Below are positions 36,001 to 48,000 of a stretch of 64,000 nucleotides of DNA, piece after piece. The translations under genes and the position numbers were made by a program. The notes under the pieces were generated by a model. That model made no database searches. It worked only from the letters and a program-made list of their open reading frames with translations, and was not told the origin of the DNA. The stretch lies in contig OZ024757.1 in NCBI GenBank assembly GCA_964016885.1, positions 10,478,001 to 10,542,000 of the forward strand, written 5' to 3'. Positions within the stretch are counted from its first letter, which is position 1; each line of letters starts with the position of its first letter. Source of the DNA: Eledone cirrhosa. Lineage: Eukaryota.

Positions 36001-39000
36001 AGTTAAGTTGGGGTTAAGTTAAGTTGGGGTTAAGTTAAGTTGGGGTTAAGTTAAGTTGGGGTTAAGTCAAGTGGGGGTTAAATCAAGTTGGGGTTAACTT
36101 AAGTTTGGATTAACTTAAGTTGGGTTAACTTAAGTTGGGGTTAAGTTGGGGTTAACTTAAGTTGGGGTTAATTTAAGTTGGGGTTAAGTTAAGTTGGGGT
36201 TGAGTTAAGTTGGGGTTGAGTTAAGTTGGGGTTGAGTTAAGTTGGGGTTGATTTAAGTTGGGGTTGAGTTAAGTTGGGGTCGAGTTAAGTTGGGGTTGAG
36301 TTAAGTTGGGGTTAAGTTAAGTTGGGGTTAAGTTAAGTGGGGGTTAAGTTAAGTTGGGGTTAAGTTAAGTTGGGGTTAAGTTAAGTTGGGGGTAAGTTAA
36401 GTTGGGGTTAAGTTAAGTTGGGGTTCAGTTAATTTGGGGTTAAGTCAAGTTGGGGTTAAGTCAAGTTGGGGTTAAGTTAAGTTGGGGTTAAGTTAAGTTG
36501 GGGTTAAGTTAAGTTGGGGTAATTTAAGTTGGGGTTAAGTTAAGTTGGGGTTTAGTTAAGTTGGGGTTAAGTCAAGTTGGGGTTAAGTCAAGTTGGGGTT
36601 AAGTCAAGTTGGGGTTAAGTTAAGTTGGGGTTAAGTTAAGTTGGGGTTAAATTAAGTTGGGGTTAAGTTAAGTTGGGGTTAAGTTAAGTTGGCGTTAAGT
36701 TAAGTTGGGGTTAAGTTAAGTTGGGGTTAAGTTAAGTTGGGGTTAAGTTAAGTTGGGGTTAAGTCAAGTTGGGGTTAAATCAAGTTGGGGTTAACTTAAG
36801 TTTGGATTAACTTAAGTTGGGTTAACTTAAGTTGGGGTTAAGTTGGGGTTAACTTAAGTTGGGGTTAAGTTAAGTTGGGGTTGAGTTAAGTTGGGGTTGA
36901 GTTAAGTTGGGGTTGAGTTAAGTTGGGGTTGATTTAAGTTGGGGTTGAGTTAAGTTGGGGTCGAGTTAAGTTGGGGTCGAGTTAAGTTGGGGTTGAGTTA
37001 AGTTGGGGTTAAGTTAAGTTTGGTTTAAGTTAAGTTGGGGTTAAGTTAAGTTGGGGTTAAGTTAAGGTGGGATTAGGTTAAGTTGGGGTTAAGTTAAGTT
37101 GGGGTTAAGTTAAGTTGTGGTTAAGTTAAGTTGGGGTTAAGTTAAGTTGGGGTTAAGTTAAGTTGGGGTTAAGGTAAGTTGGGGTTAAGTTAAGTTGGGG
37201 TTAAGTTAAGTTGGGGTTAACTTAAGTTGGGGTTAACTTAAGTTGGGGTTAAGTTGGGGTTAACTTAAGTTGGGGTTAAGTTGGCGTTAACTTAAGTTGG
37301 GGTTAAGTTAAGTTGGGGTTGAGTTAAGTTGGGGTTGATTTAAGTTGGGGTTGAGTTAAGTTGGAGTCGAGTTAAGTTGGGGTTGAGTTAAGTTGGGGTT
37401 AAGTTAAGTTGGGGTTAAGTTAAGTTGGAGTTAAGTTAAGTTGGGGTTAAGTTAAGTTGGGGTTAAGTTAAGTCGGAGTTAAGTTAAGTTGGGGTTAAGT
37501 TAAGTTGGGGGTAAGTTAAGTTGTGGTTAAGTTAAGTTGGGGTTAAGTTGGGGTTAAGTTAAGTTGGGGTTAAGTTAAGTGGGGTTGAGTTAAGTTGGAG
37601 TTAAGTTAAGTTGGGGTTAATTTAAGTTGGGGTTAAGTTAAGTCGGGGTAAAGTTAAGTTGGGGTTAAGTTAAGTTGGGGGTAAGTTAATTTGGGGTTAA
37701 GTTAAGTTGGGGTTTAGTTAATTTGGGGTTAAGTCAAGTTGGGGTTAAGTCAAGTTGGGGTTAAGTTAAGTTGGGGTTAAGTTAAGTCGGGGTTAAGTTA
37801 AGTTGGGGTTAAGTTAAGTTGGGGTAAGTTAAGTTGGGGTTAAGTTAAGTTGGGGTTTACTTAAGTTGGGGTTAAGTCAAGTTGGGGTTAAGTCAAGTTG
37901 GGGTTAAGTCAAGTTGGGGTTAAGTTAAGTTGGGGTTAAGTTAAGTTGGGGTTAAATTAAGTTGGGGTTAAGTTAAGTTGGGGTTAAGTTAAGTTGGCGT
38001 TAAGTTAAGTTGGGGTTAAGTTAACTTGGGGTTAAGTTAAGTTGGGGTTAAGTTAAGTTGGGGTTAAGTCAAGTTGGGGTTAAATCAAGTTGGGGTTAAC
38101 TTAAGTTTGGATTAACTTAAGTTGGGTTAACTTAAGTTGGGGTTAAGTTGGGGTTAACTTAAGTTGGGGTTAAGTTAAGTTGGGGTTGAGTTAAGTTGGG
38201 GTTGAGTTAAGTTGGGGTTGAGTTAAGTTGGGGTTGATTTAAGTTGGGGTTGAGTTAAGTTGGGGTCGAGTTAAGTTGGGGTCGAGTTAAGTTGGGGTTG
38301 AGTTAAGTTGGGGTTAAGTTAAGTTGGGGTTAAGTTAAGTTGGGGTTAACTTAAGTTGGGGTTAACTTAAGTTGGGGTTAAGTGGGGTTAACTTAAGTTG
38401 GGGTTAAGTTGGGGTTAACTTAAGTTGGGGTTAAGTTAAGTTGGGGTTGAGTTAAGTTGGGGTTGATTTAAGTTGGGGTTGAGTTAAGTTGGAGTCGAGT
38501 TAAGTTGGGGTTGAGTTAAGTTGGGGTTAAATTAAGTTGGGGTTAAGTTAAGTTGGAGTTAAGTTAAGTTGGGGTTAAGTTAAGTTGGGGTTAAGTTAAG
38601 TTGGCGTTAAATTAAATTGGGGTTAAGTTAAGTTGGGGTTACGTTAAGTTGGGGTTAAGTTAAGTTGGGGTTAAGTCAAGTTGGGGTTAAATCAAGTTGG
38701 GGTTAACTTAAGTTTGGATTAACTTAAGTTGGGTTAACTTAAGTTGGGGTTAAGTTGGGCTTAACTTAAGTTGGGGTTAAGTTAAGTTGGGGTTGAGTTA
38801 AGTTGGGGTTGAGTTAAGTTGGGGTTGAGTTAAGTTGGGGTTGAGTTAAGTTGGGGTCGAGTTAAGTTGGGGTTCAGTTAAGTTGGGGTTAAGTTAAGTT
38901 GGGGTTAAGTTAAGTTGGGATTAGGTTAAGTTGGGGTTAAGTTAAGTTGGGGTTAAGTTAAGTCGGAGTAAAGTTAAGTTGGGGTTAAGTTAAGTTGGGG

Positions 39001-42000
39001 GTAAGTTAAGTTGTGGTTAAGTTAAGTTGGGGTTAAGTTGGGGTTAAGTTAAGTTGGGGTTGAGTTAAGTTGGGGTTGAATTAAGTTGGGATTGAGTTAA
39101 GTTGGAGTTAAGTTAAGTTGGGGTTAAGTTAATTTGGGGTTAAGTTAAGTTGGCGTTAAATTAAGTTGGGGTTAAGTTAAGTTGGGGTTACGTTAAGTTG
39201 GGGTTAAGTTAAGTTGGGGTTAAGTCAAGTTGGGGTTAAATCAAGTTGGGGTTAACTTAAGTTTGGATTAACTTAAGTTGGGTTAACTTAAGTTGGGATT
39301 AAGTTGGGGTTAACTTAAGTTGGGGTTAAGTTAAGTTGGGGTTGAGTTAAGTTGGGGTTGAGTTAAGTTGGGGTTGAGTTAAGTTGGGGTTAAGTTAAGT
39401 TGGGGTTAAGTTAAGTTGGGGTTAAGTTAAGTTGGGATTAGATTAAGTAGGAGTTAAGTTAAGTTGGGGTTAAGTTAAGTTGTGGTTAAGTTAAGTTGGG
39501 GTTAAGTTAAGTTGGGGTTAAGTTAAGTTGGGGTTAACTTAAGTTGGAGTTAAGTTAAGTTGGGGTTAAGTTAAATGAGGCTAAGTTAAGTTGGGGCTGA
39601 GTTAACTTGGGGTTAAGTTAAGTTGGGGTTAAGTTGGCGTTAACTTAAGTTGGGGTTAAGTTAAGTTGGGGTTGAGTTAAGTTGGGGTTGATTTAAGTTG
39701 GGGTTGAGTTAAGTTGGAGTCGAGTTAAGTTGGGGTTGAGTTAAGTTGGGGTTAAGTTAAGTTGGGGTTAAGTTAAGTTGGAGTTAAGTTAAGTTGGGGT
39801 TAAGTTAAGTTGGGGTTAAGTTAAGTCGGAGTTAAGTTAAGTTGGGGTTAAGTTAAGTTGGGGGTAAGTTAAGTTGTGGTTAAGTTAAGTTGGGGTTAAG
39901 TTGGGGTTAAGTTAAGTTGGGGTTAAGTTAAGTGGGGTTGAGTTAAGTTGGAGTTAAGTTAAGTTGGGGTTAATTTAAGTTGGGGTTAAGTTAAGTCGGG
40001 GTAAAGTTAAGTTGGGGTTAAGTTAAGTTGGGGGTAAGTTAATTTGGGGTTAAGTTAAGTTGGGGTTTAGTTAATTTGGGGTTAAGTCAAGTTGGGGTTA
40101 AGTCAAGTTGGGGTTAAGTTAAGTTGGGGTTAAGTTAAGTCGGGGTTAAGTTAAGTTGGGGTTAAGTTAAGTTGGGGTAAGTTAAGTTGGGGTTAAGTTA
40201 AGTTGGGGTTTACTTAAGTTGGGGTTAAGTCAAGTTGGGGTTAAGTCAAGTTGGGGTTAAGTCAAGTTGGGGTTAAGTTAAGTTGGGGTTAAGTTAAGTT
40301 GGGGTTAAATTAAGTTGGGGTTAAGTTAAGTTGGGGTTAAGTTAAGTTGGCGTTAAGTTAAGTTGGGGTTAAGTTAACTTGGGGTTAAGTTAAGTTGGGG
40401 TTAAGTTAAGTTGGGGTTAAGTCAAGTTGGGGTTAAATCAAGTTGGGGTTAACTTAAGTTTGGATTAACTTAAGTTGGGTTAACTTAAGTTGGGGTTAAG
40501 TTGGGGTTAACTTAAGTTGGGGTTAAGTTAAGTTGGGGTTGAGTTAAGTTGGGGTTGAGTTAAGTTGGGGTTGAGTTAAGTTGGGGTTGATTTAAGTTGG
40601 GGTTGAGTTAAGTTGGGGTCGAGTTAAGTTGGGGTCGAGTTAAGTTGGGGTTGAGTTAAGTTGGGGTTAAGTTAAGTTGGGGTTAAGTTAAGTTGGGGTT
40701 AACTTAAGTTGGGGTTAACTTAAGTTGGGGTTAAGTGGGGTTAACTTAAGTTGGGGTTAAGTTGGGGTTAACTTAAGTTGGGGTTAAGTTAAGTTGGGGT
40801 TGAGTTAAGTTGGGGTTGATTTAAGTTGGGGTTGAGTTAAGTTGGAGTCGAGTTAAGTTGGGGTTGAGTTAAGTTGGGGTTAAATTAAGTTGGGGTTAAG
40901 TTAAGTTGGAGTTAAGTTAAGTTGGGGTTAAGTTAAGTTGGGGTTAAGTTAAGTTGGCGTTAAATTAAATTGGGGTTAAGTTAAGTTGGGGTTACGTTAA
41001 GTTGGGGTTAAGTTAAGTTGGGGTTAAGTCAAGTTGGGGTTAAATCAAGTTGGGGTTAACTTAAGTTTGGATTAACTTAAGTTGGGTTAACTTAAGTTGG
41101 GGTTAAGTTGGGCTTAACTTAAGTTGGGGTTAAGTTAAGTTGGGGTTGAGTTAAGTTGGGGTTGAGTTAAGTTGGGGTTGAGTTAAGTTGGGGTTGAGTT
41201 AAGTTGGGGTCGAGTTAAGTTGGGGTTCAGTTAAGTTGGGGTTAAGTTAAGTTGGGGTTAAGTTAAGTTGGGATTAGGTTAAGTTGGGGTTAAGTTAAGT
41301 TGGGGTTAAGTTAAGTCGGAGTAAAGTTAAGTTGGGGTTAAGTTAAGTTGGGGGTAAGTTAAGTTGTGGTTAAGTTAAGTTGGGGTTAAGTTGGGGTTAA
41401 GTTAAGTTGGGGTTGAGTTAAGTTGGGGTTGAATTAAGTTGGGATTGAGTTAAGTTGGAGTTAAGTTAAGTTGGGGTTAAGTTAATTTGGGGTTAAGTTA
41501 AGTTGGCGTTAAATTAAGTTGGGGTTAAGTTAAGTTGGGGTTACGTTAAGTTGGGGTTAAGTTAAGTTGGGGTTAAGTCAAGTTGGGGTTAAATCAAGTT
41601 GGGGTTAACTTAAGTTTGGATTAACTTAAGTTGGGTTAACTTAAGTTGGGATTAAGTTGGGGTTAACTTAAGTTGGGGTTAAGTTAAGTTGGGGTTGAGT
41701 TAAGTTGGGGTTGAGTTAAGTTGGGGTTGAGTTAAGTTGGGGTTAAGTTAAGTTGGGGTTAAGTTAAGTTGGGGTTAAGTTAAGTTGGGATTAGATTAAG
41801 TAGGAGTTAAGTTAAGTTGGGGTTAAGTTAAGTTGTGGTTAAGTTAAGTTGGGGTTAAGTTAAGTTGGGGTTAAGTTAAGTTGGGGTTAACTTAAGTTGG
41901 AGTTAAGTTAAGTTGGGGTTAAGTTAAATGAGGCTAAGTTAAGTTGGGGCTGAGTTAACTTGGGGTTAAGTTAAGTTGGGGTTAAGTTAAGTTGGGGTTA

Positions 42001-45000
42001 AGGTAAGTTGGGGTTAATTTAAGTTGGGGTTAAGTTAAGTTGGGGTTAAGTTAAGTTGGGGTTAACTTAAGTTGGGGTTAACTTAAGTTGGGGTTAAGTT
42101 GGGGTTAACTTAAGTTGGGGTTAAGTTAAGTTGGGGTTGAGTTAAGTTGGAGTTAAGTTAAGTTGGGGTTAATTTAAGTTGGGGTTAAGTTAAGTCGGGG
42201 TAAAGTTAAGTTGGGGTTAAGTTAAGTTGGGGGTAAGTTAATTTGGGGTTAAGTTAAGTTGGGGTTTAGTTAATTTGGGGTTAAGTCAAGTTGGGGTTAA
42301 GTCAAGTTGGGGTTAAGTTAAGTTGGGGTTAAGTTAAGTCGGGGTTAAGTTAAGTTGGGGTTAAGTTAAGTTGGGGTAAGTTAAGTTGGGGTTAAGTTAA
42401 GTTGGGGTTTACTTAAGTTGGGGTTAAGTCAAGTTGGGGTTAAGTCAAGTTGGGGTTAAGTCAAGTTGGGGTTAAGTTCAGTTGGGGTTAAGTTAAGTTG
42501 GGGTTAAATTAAGTTGGGGTTAAGTTAAGTTGGGGTTAAGTTAAGTTGGCGTTAAGTTAAGTTGGGGTTAAGTTAACTTGGGGTTAAGTTAAGTTGGGGT
42601 TAAGTTAAGTTGGGGTTAAGTCAAGTTGGGGTTAAATCAAGTTGGGGTTAACTTAAGTTTGGATTAACTTAAGTTGGGTTAACTTAAGTTGGGGTTAAGT
42701 TGGGGTTAACTTAAGTTGGGGTTAAGTTAAGTTGGGGTTAAGTTAAGTTGGGGTTGAGTTAAGTTGGGGTTGAGTTAAGTTGGGGTTGAGTTAAGTTGGG
42801 GTTGATTTAAGTTGGGGTTGAGTTAAGTTGGGGTCGAGTTAAGTTGGGGTTGAGTTAAGTTGGGGTTAAGTTAAGTTGGGGTTAAGTTAAGTTGGGGTTA
42901 AGTTACGTTTGGTTTAAGTTAAGTTGGGGTTAAGTTAAGTTGGGGTTAAGTTAAGTTGGGATTAGGTTAAGTTGGGGTTAAGTTAAGTTGGGGTTAAGTT
43001 AAGTTGTGGTTAAGTTAAGTTGGGGTTAAGTTAAGTTGGGGTTAAGTTAAGTTGGGGTTAAGGTAAGTTGGGGTTAAGTTAAGTTGGGGTTAAGTTAAGT
43101 TGGGGTTAAGTTAAGTTGGGGTTCACTTAAGTTGGGGTTAACTTAAGTTGGGGTTAAGTTGGGGTTAACTTAAGTTGGGGTTAAGTTGGGGTTAAGTTAA
43201 GTTGGGGTTGAGTTAAGTTGGGGTTGATTTAATTTGGGGTTGAGATAAGTTGGAGTCGAGTTAAGTTGGGGTTGAGTTAAGTTGGGGTTAAGTTAAGTTG
43301 GGGTTAAGTTAAGTTGGAGTTAAGTTAAGTTGGGGTTAAGTTAAGTTGGGGTTAAGTTAAGTCGGAGTTAAGTTAAGTTGGGGTTAAGTTAAGTTGGGGG
43401 TAAGTTAAGTTGTGGTTGAGTTAAGTTGGGGTTGAATTAAGTTGGGGTTGAGTTGGGGTTAAGTTAAGTTGGGGTTAAGTTAAGTTGGGGTTGAGTTAAG
43501 TTGGGGTTGAATTAAGTTGGGGTTGAGTTAAGTTGGAGTTAAGTTCAGTTGGGGTTAAGTTAAATTGGGGTTACGTTAAGTCGGGGTTAAGTTAAGTTGG
43601 GGTTAAGTTAAGTTGGGGGTAAGTTAAGTTGGGGTTAAGTTAAGTTGGGGTTTAGTTAAGTTGGGGTTAAGTTAAGTTTGCGTTAAGTTAAGTTGGGGTT
43701 AAGTTAAGTTGGGGTTAAGTTAAGTTGGGGTTAAGTTAAGTTGGGGTTAAGTCAAGTTGGGGTTAAATCAAGTTGGGGTTAACTTAAGTTTGGATTAACT
43801 TAAGTTGGGTTAACTTAAGTTGGGGTTAAGTTGGGGTTAAGTTGGGGTTAAGTTAAGTTGGGGTTAAGTTAAGTTGGGGTTAAGTTAAGTTGGGGGTAAC
43901 TTAAGTTGGGGTTAAGTTAAGTTGGGGTTAAGTTAAGTTGGGGTTAAGTTAAGTTGGGGTTAAGTTAAGTTGGGGTTAAGTTAAGTTGGGGTTAAGTAAA
44001 ATTGGGGTTGAGTTAATTTGGGGTTGAATTAAGTTGGAGTTAGGTTAAGTTGGGGTTAAGTTAAATTTGGTTTAAGTTAAGTTGGGGTTAAGTTAAGTTG
44101 GGGTTAAGTTAAGTTGGGATTAGGTTAAGTTGGGGTTAAGTTAAGTTGGGGTTAAGTTAAGTTGTGGTTAAGTTAAGTTGGGGTTAAGTTAAGTTGGGGT
44201 TAAGTTAAGTTGGGGTTAAGTTAAGTTGGGGTTAAGTTAAGTTGGGGTAAGTTAAGTTGGGGTTAAGTTAAGTTGGGGTTTACTTAAGTTGGGGTTAAGT
44301 CAAGTTGGGGTTAAGTCAAGTTGGGGTTAAGTTAAGTTGGGGTTGATTTAAGTTGGGGTTGAATTAAGTTGGGGTCGAGTTAAGTTGGGGTTGAGTTAAG
44401 TTGGGGTTAAGTTAAGTCGGGGTTAAGTTAAGTTGGGGTTAAGTTAAGTTGTGGTAAGTTAAGTTAGGGTTAAGTTAAGTTGGGGTTTAGTTAAGTTGGG
44501 GTTAAGTCAAGTTGGGGTTAATTCAAGTTGGGGTTAAGTCAAGTTGGGGTTAAGTTAAGTTGGGGTTAACTTAAGTTTGGATTAACTTAAGTTGGGTTAA
44601 CTTAAGTTGGGTTTAAGTTGGGGTTAACTTAAGTTGGGGTTAAGTTAAGTTGGGGTTAAGTTAAGTTGGGGTTGAGTTAAGTTGGGGTTGAGTTAAGTTG
44701 GGGTTGAGTTAAGTTGGGGTTGATTTAAGTTGGGGTTGAGTTAAGTTGGGGTCGAGTTAAGTTGGGGTTGAGTTAAGTTGGGGTTAGGTTAAGTTGGGGT
44801 TAAGTTAAGTTTGGTTTAAGTTAAGTTGGGGTTAAGTTAAGTTGGGGTTAAGTTAAGTTGGGATTAGGTTAAGTTGGGGTTAAGTTAAGTTGGGGTTAAG
44901 TTAAGTTGTGGCTAAGTTAAGTTGGGGTTAAGTTAAGTTGGGGTTAAGTTAAGTTGGGGTTAAGTTAAGTTGGAGTTCAGTTAAGTTGGGGTTAAGTTAA

Positions 45001-48000
45001 GTTGAGGCTAAGTTAAGTTGGGGCTGAGTTAAGTTGGGGTTAAGTTAAGTTGGGGTTAAGTTAAGTTGGGGTTAAGGTAAGTTGGGGTTAAGTTAAGTTG
45101 GGGTTAAGTTAAGTTGGGGTTTAGTTAAGTTGGGGTTAACTTTAGTTGGGGTTAACTTAAGTTGGGGTTAAGTTGGGGTTAACTTAAGTTGGGGTTAATT
45201 TAAGTTGGGGTTGAGTTAAGTTGGGGTTGATTTATGTTGGGGTTGAGTTAAGTTGGGGTCGAGTTAAGTTGGGGTTGAGTTAAGTTGGGGTTAAGTTAAG
45301 TTGGCGTTAAGTTAAGTTGGAGTTAAGTTAAGTTGGGGTTAAGTTAACTTGGGGTTAAGTTAAGTTGGGGGTAAGTTAAGTTGTGGTTAAGTTAATTTGG
45401 GGTTAAGTTAAGTTGGGGTTGAGTTAAGTTGGGGTTGAATTAAGTTGGGGTTGAGTTAAGTTGGAGTTAAGTTAAGTTGGGGTTAAGTTAAGTTGGGATT
45501 AAGTTAAGTCGGGGTAAAGTTAAGTTGGGGTTAAGTTAAGTTGGGGGTAAGTTAAGTTGGGGTTAAGTTAAGTTGGGGTTAAGTCAAGTTGGGGTTAAGT
45601 CAAGTTGGGGTTAAGTCAAGTTGGGGTTAAGTTAAGTTGGGGTTAAGTTAAGTTGGGGTTAAATTAAGTTGGGGTTAAGTTAAGTTGGGGTTAAGTTAAG
45701 TTGGGGTTAAGTTAAGTTGGGGTTAAGTTAAGTTGGGGTTAAGTCAAGTTGGGGTTAAATCAAGTTGGGGTTAACTTAAGTTTGGATTAACTTAAGTTGG
45801 GTTAACTTAAGTTGGGGTTAAGTTGGGGTTAACTTAAGTTGGGGTTAAGTTAAGTTGGGGTTAAGTTAAGTTGGGGTTGAGTTAAGTTGGGGTTGAGTTA
45901 AGTTGGGGTTGAGTTAAGTTGGGGTTGATTTAAGTTGGGGTTGAGTTAAGTTGGGGTCGAGTTAAGTTGGGGTCGAGTTAAGTTGGGGTTGAGTTAAGTT
46001 GGGGTTAAGTTAAGTTGGGGTTAAGTTAAGTTGGGGTTAAGTTAAGTTGGGGTTAAGTTAAGTTGGGGTTAAGTTAAGTTGGGGTTAAGTAAAGTTGGGG
46101 TTGAGTTAATTTGGGGTTGAATTAAGTTGGGGTTAGGTTAAGTTGGGGTTAAGTTAAGTTTGGTTTAAGTTAAGTTGGGGTTAAGTTAAGTTGGGGTTAA
46201 GTTAAGGTGGGATTAGGTTAAGTTGGGTTAAGTTAAGTTGGGGTTAAGTTAAGTTGTGGTTAAGTTAAGTTGGGGTTAAGTTAAGTTGGGGTTAAGTTAA
46301 GTTGGGGTTAAGGTAAGTTGGGGTTAAGTTAAGTTGGGGTTAAGTTAAGTTGGGGTTAAGTTAAGTTGGGGTTAACTTAAGTTGGGGTTAACTTAAGTTG
46401 GGGTTAACTTAAGTTGGGGTTAAGTTGGGGTTAACTTAAGTTGGGGTTAAGTTAAGTTGGGGTTGAGTTAAGTTGGGGTTGATTTAAGTTGGGGTTGAGT
46501 TAAGTTGGAGTCGAGTTAAGTTGGGGTTGAGTTAAGTTGGGGTTAAGTTAAGTTGGGGTTAAGTTAAGTCGGAGTTAAGTTAAGTTGGGGTTAAGTTAAG
46601 TTGGAGGTAAGTTAAGTTGTGGTTAAGTTAAGTTGGGGTTAAGTTGGGGTTAAGTTAAGTTGGGGTTAAATTAAGTGGGGTTGAGTTAAGTTGGAGTTAA
46701 GTTAAGTTGGGGTTAATTTAAGTTGGGGTTAAGTTAAGTCGGGGTAAAGTTAAGTTGGGGTTAAGTTAAGTTGGGGGTAAGTTAATTTGGGGTTAAGTTA
46801 AGTTGGGGTTTAGTTAATTTGGGGTTAAGTCAAGTTGGGGTTAAGTCAAGTTGGGGTTAAGTTAAGTTGGGCTTAAGTTAAGTCGGGGTTAAGTTAAGTT
46901 GGGGTTAAGTTAAGTTGGGGTAAGTTAAGTTGGGGTTAAGTTAAGTTGGGGTTTACTTAAGTTGGGGTTAAGTCAAGTTGGGGTTAAGTCAAGTTGGGGT
47001 TAAGTCAAGTTGGGGTTAAGTTAAGTTGGGGTTAAGTTAAGTTGGGGTTAAATTAAGTTGGGGTTAAGTTAAGTTGGGGTTAAGTTAAGTTGGCGTTAAG
47101 TTAAGTTGGGGTTAAGTTAACTTGGGGTTAAGTTAAGTTGGGGTTAAGTTAAGTTGGGGTTAAGTCAAGTTGGGGTTAAATCAAGTTGGGGTTAACTTAA
47201 GTTTGGATTAACTTAAGTTGGGTTAACTTAAGTTGGGGTTAAGTTGGGGTTAACTTAAGTTGGAGTTAAGTTAAGTTGGGGTTAAGTTAAGTTGGGGTTG
47301 AGTTAAGTTGGGGTTGAGTTAAGTTGGGGTTGATTTAAGTTGGGGTTGAGTTAAGTTGGGGTCGAGTTAAGTTGGGGTTGAGTTAAGTTGGGGTTAAGTT
47401 AAGTTTGGTTTAAGTTAAGTTGGGGTTAATTTAAGTTGGGGTTAAGTTAAGTTGGGATTAGGTTAAGTTGGGGTTAAGTTAAGTTGGGGTTAAGTTAAGT
47501 TGTGGTTAATTTAAGTTGGGGTTAAGTTAAGTTGGGGTTAAGTTAAGTTGGTGTTAAGGTAAGTTGGGGTTAAGTTAAGTTGGGGTTAAGTTAAGTTGGG
47601 GTTAAGTTAAGTTGGGGTTAACTTAAGTTGGGGTTAACTTAAGTTGGGGTTAAGTTGGGGTTAACTTAAGTTGGGGTTAAGTTGGGGTTAACTTAAGTTG
47701 GGGTTAAGTTAAGTTGGGGTTGAGTTAAGTTGGGGTTGATTTAAGTTGGGGTTGAGTTAAGTTGGAGTCGAGTTAAGTTGGGGTTGAGTTAAGTTGGGGT
47801 TAAATTAAGTTGGGGTTAAGTTAAGTTGGAGTTAAGTTAAGTTGGGGTTAACTTAAGTTGGGGTTAACTTAAGTTGAGGTTAAGTTGGGGTTAACTTAAG
47901 TTGGGGTTAAGTTGGGGTTAACTTATTGGGGTTAAGTTAAGTTGGGGTTAAGTTAAGTTGGGGTTAAGTTAAGTCGGAGTTAAGTTAAGTTGGGGTTAAG

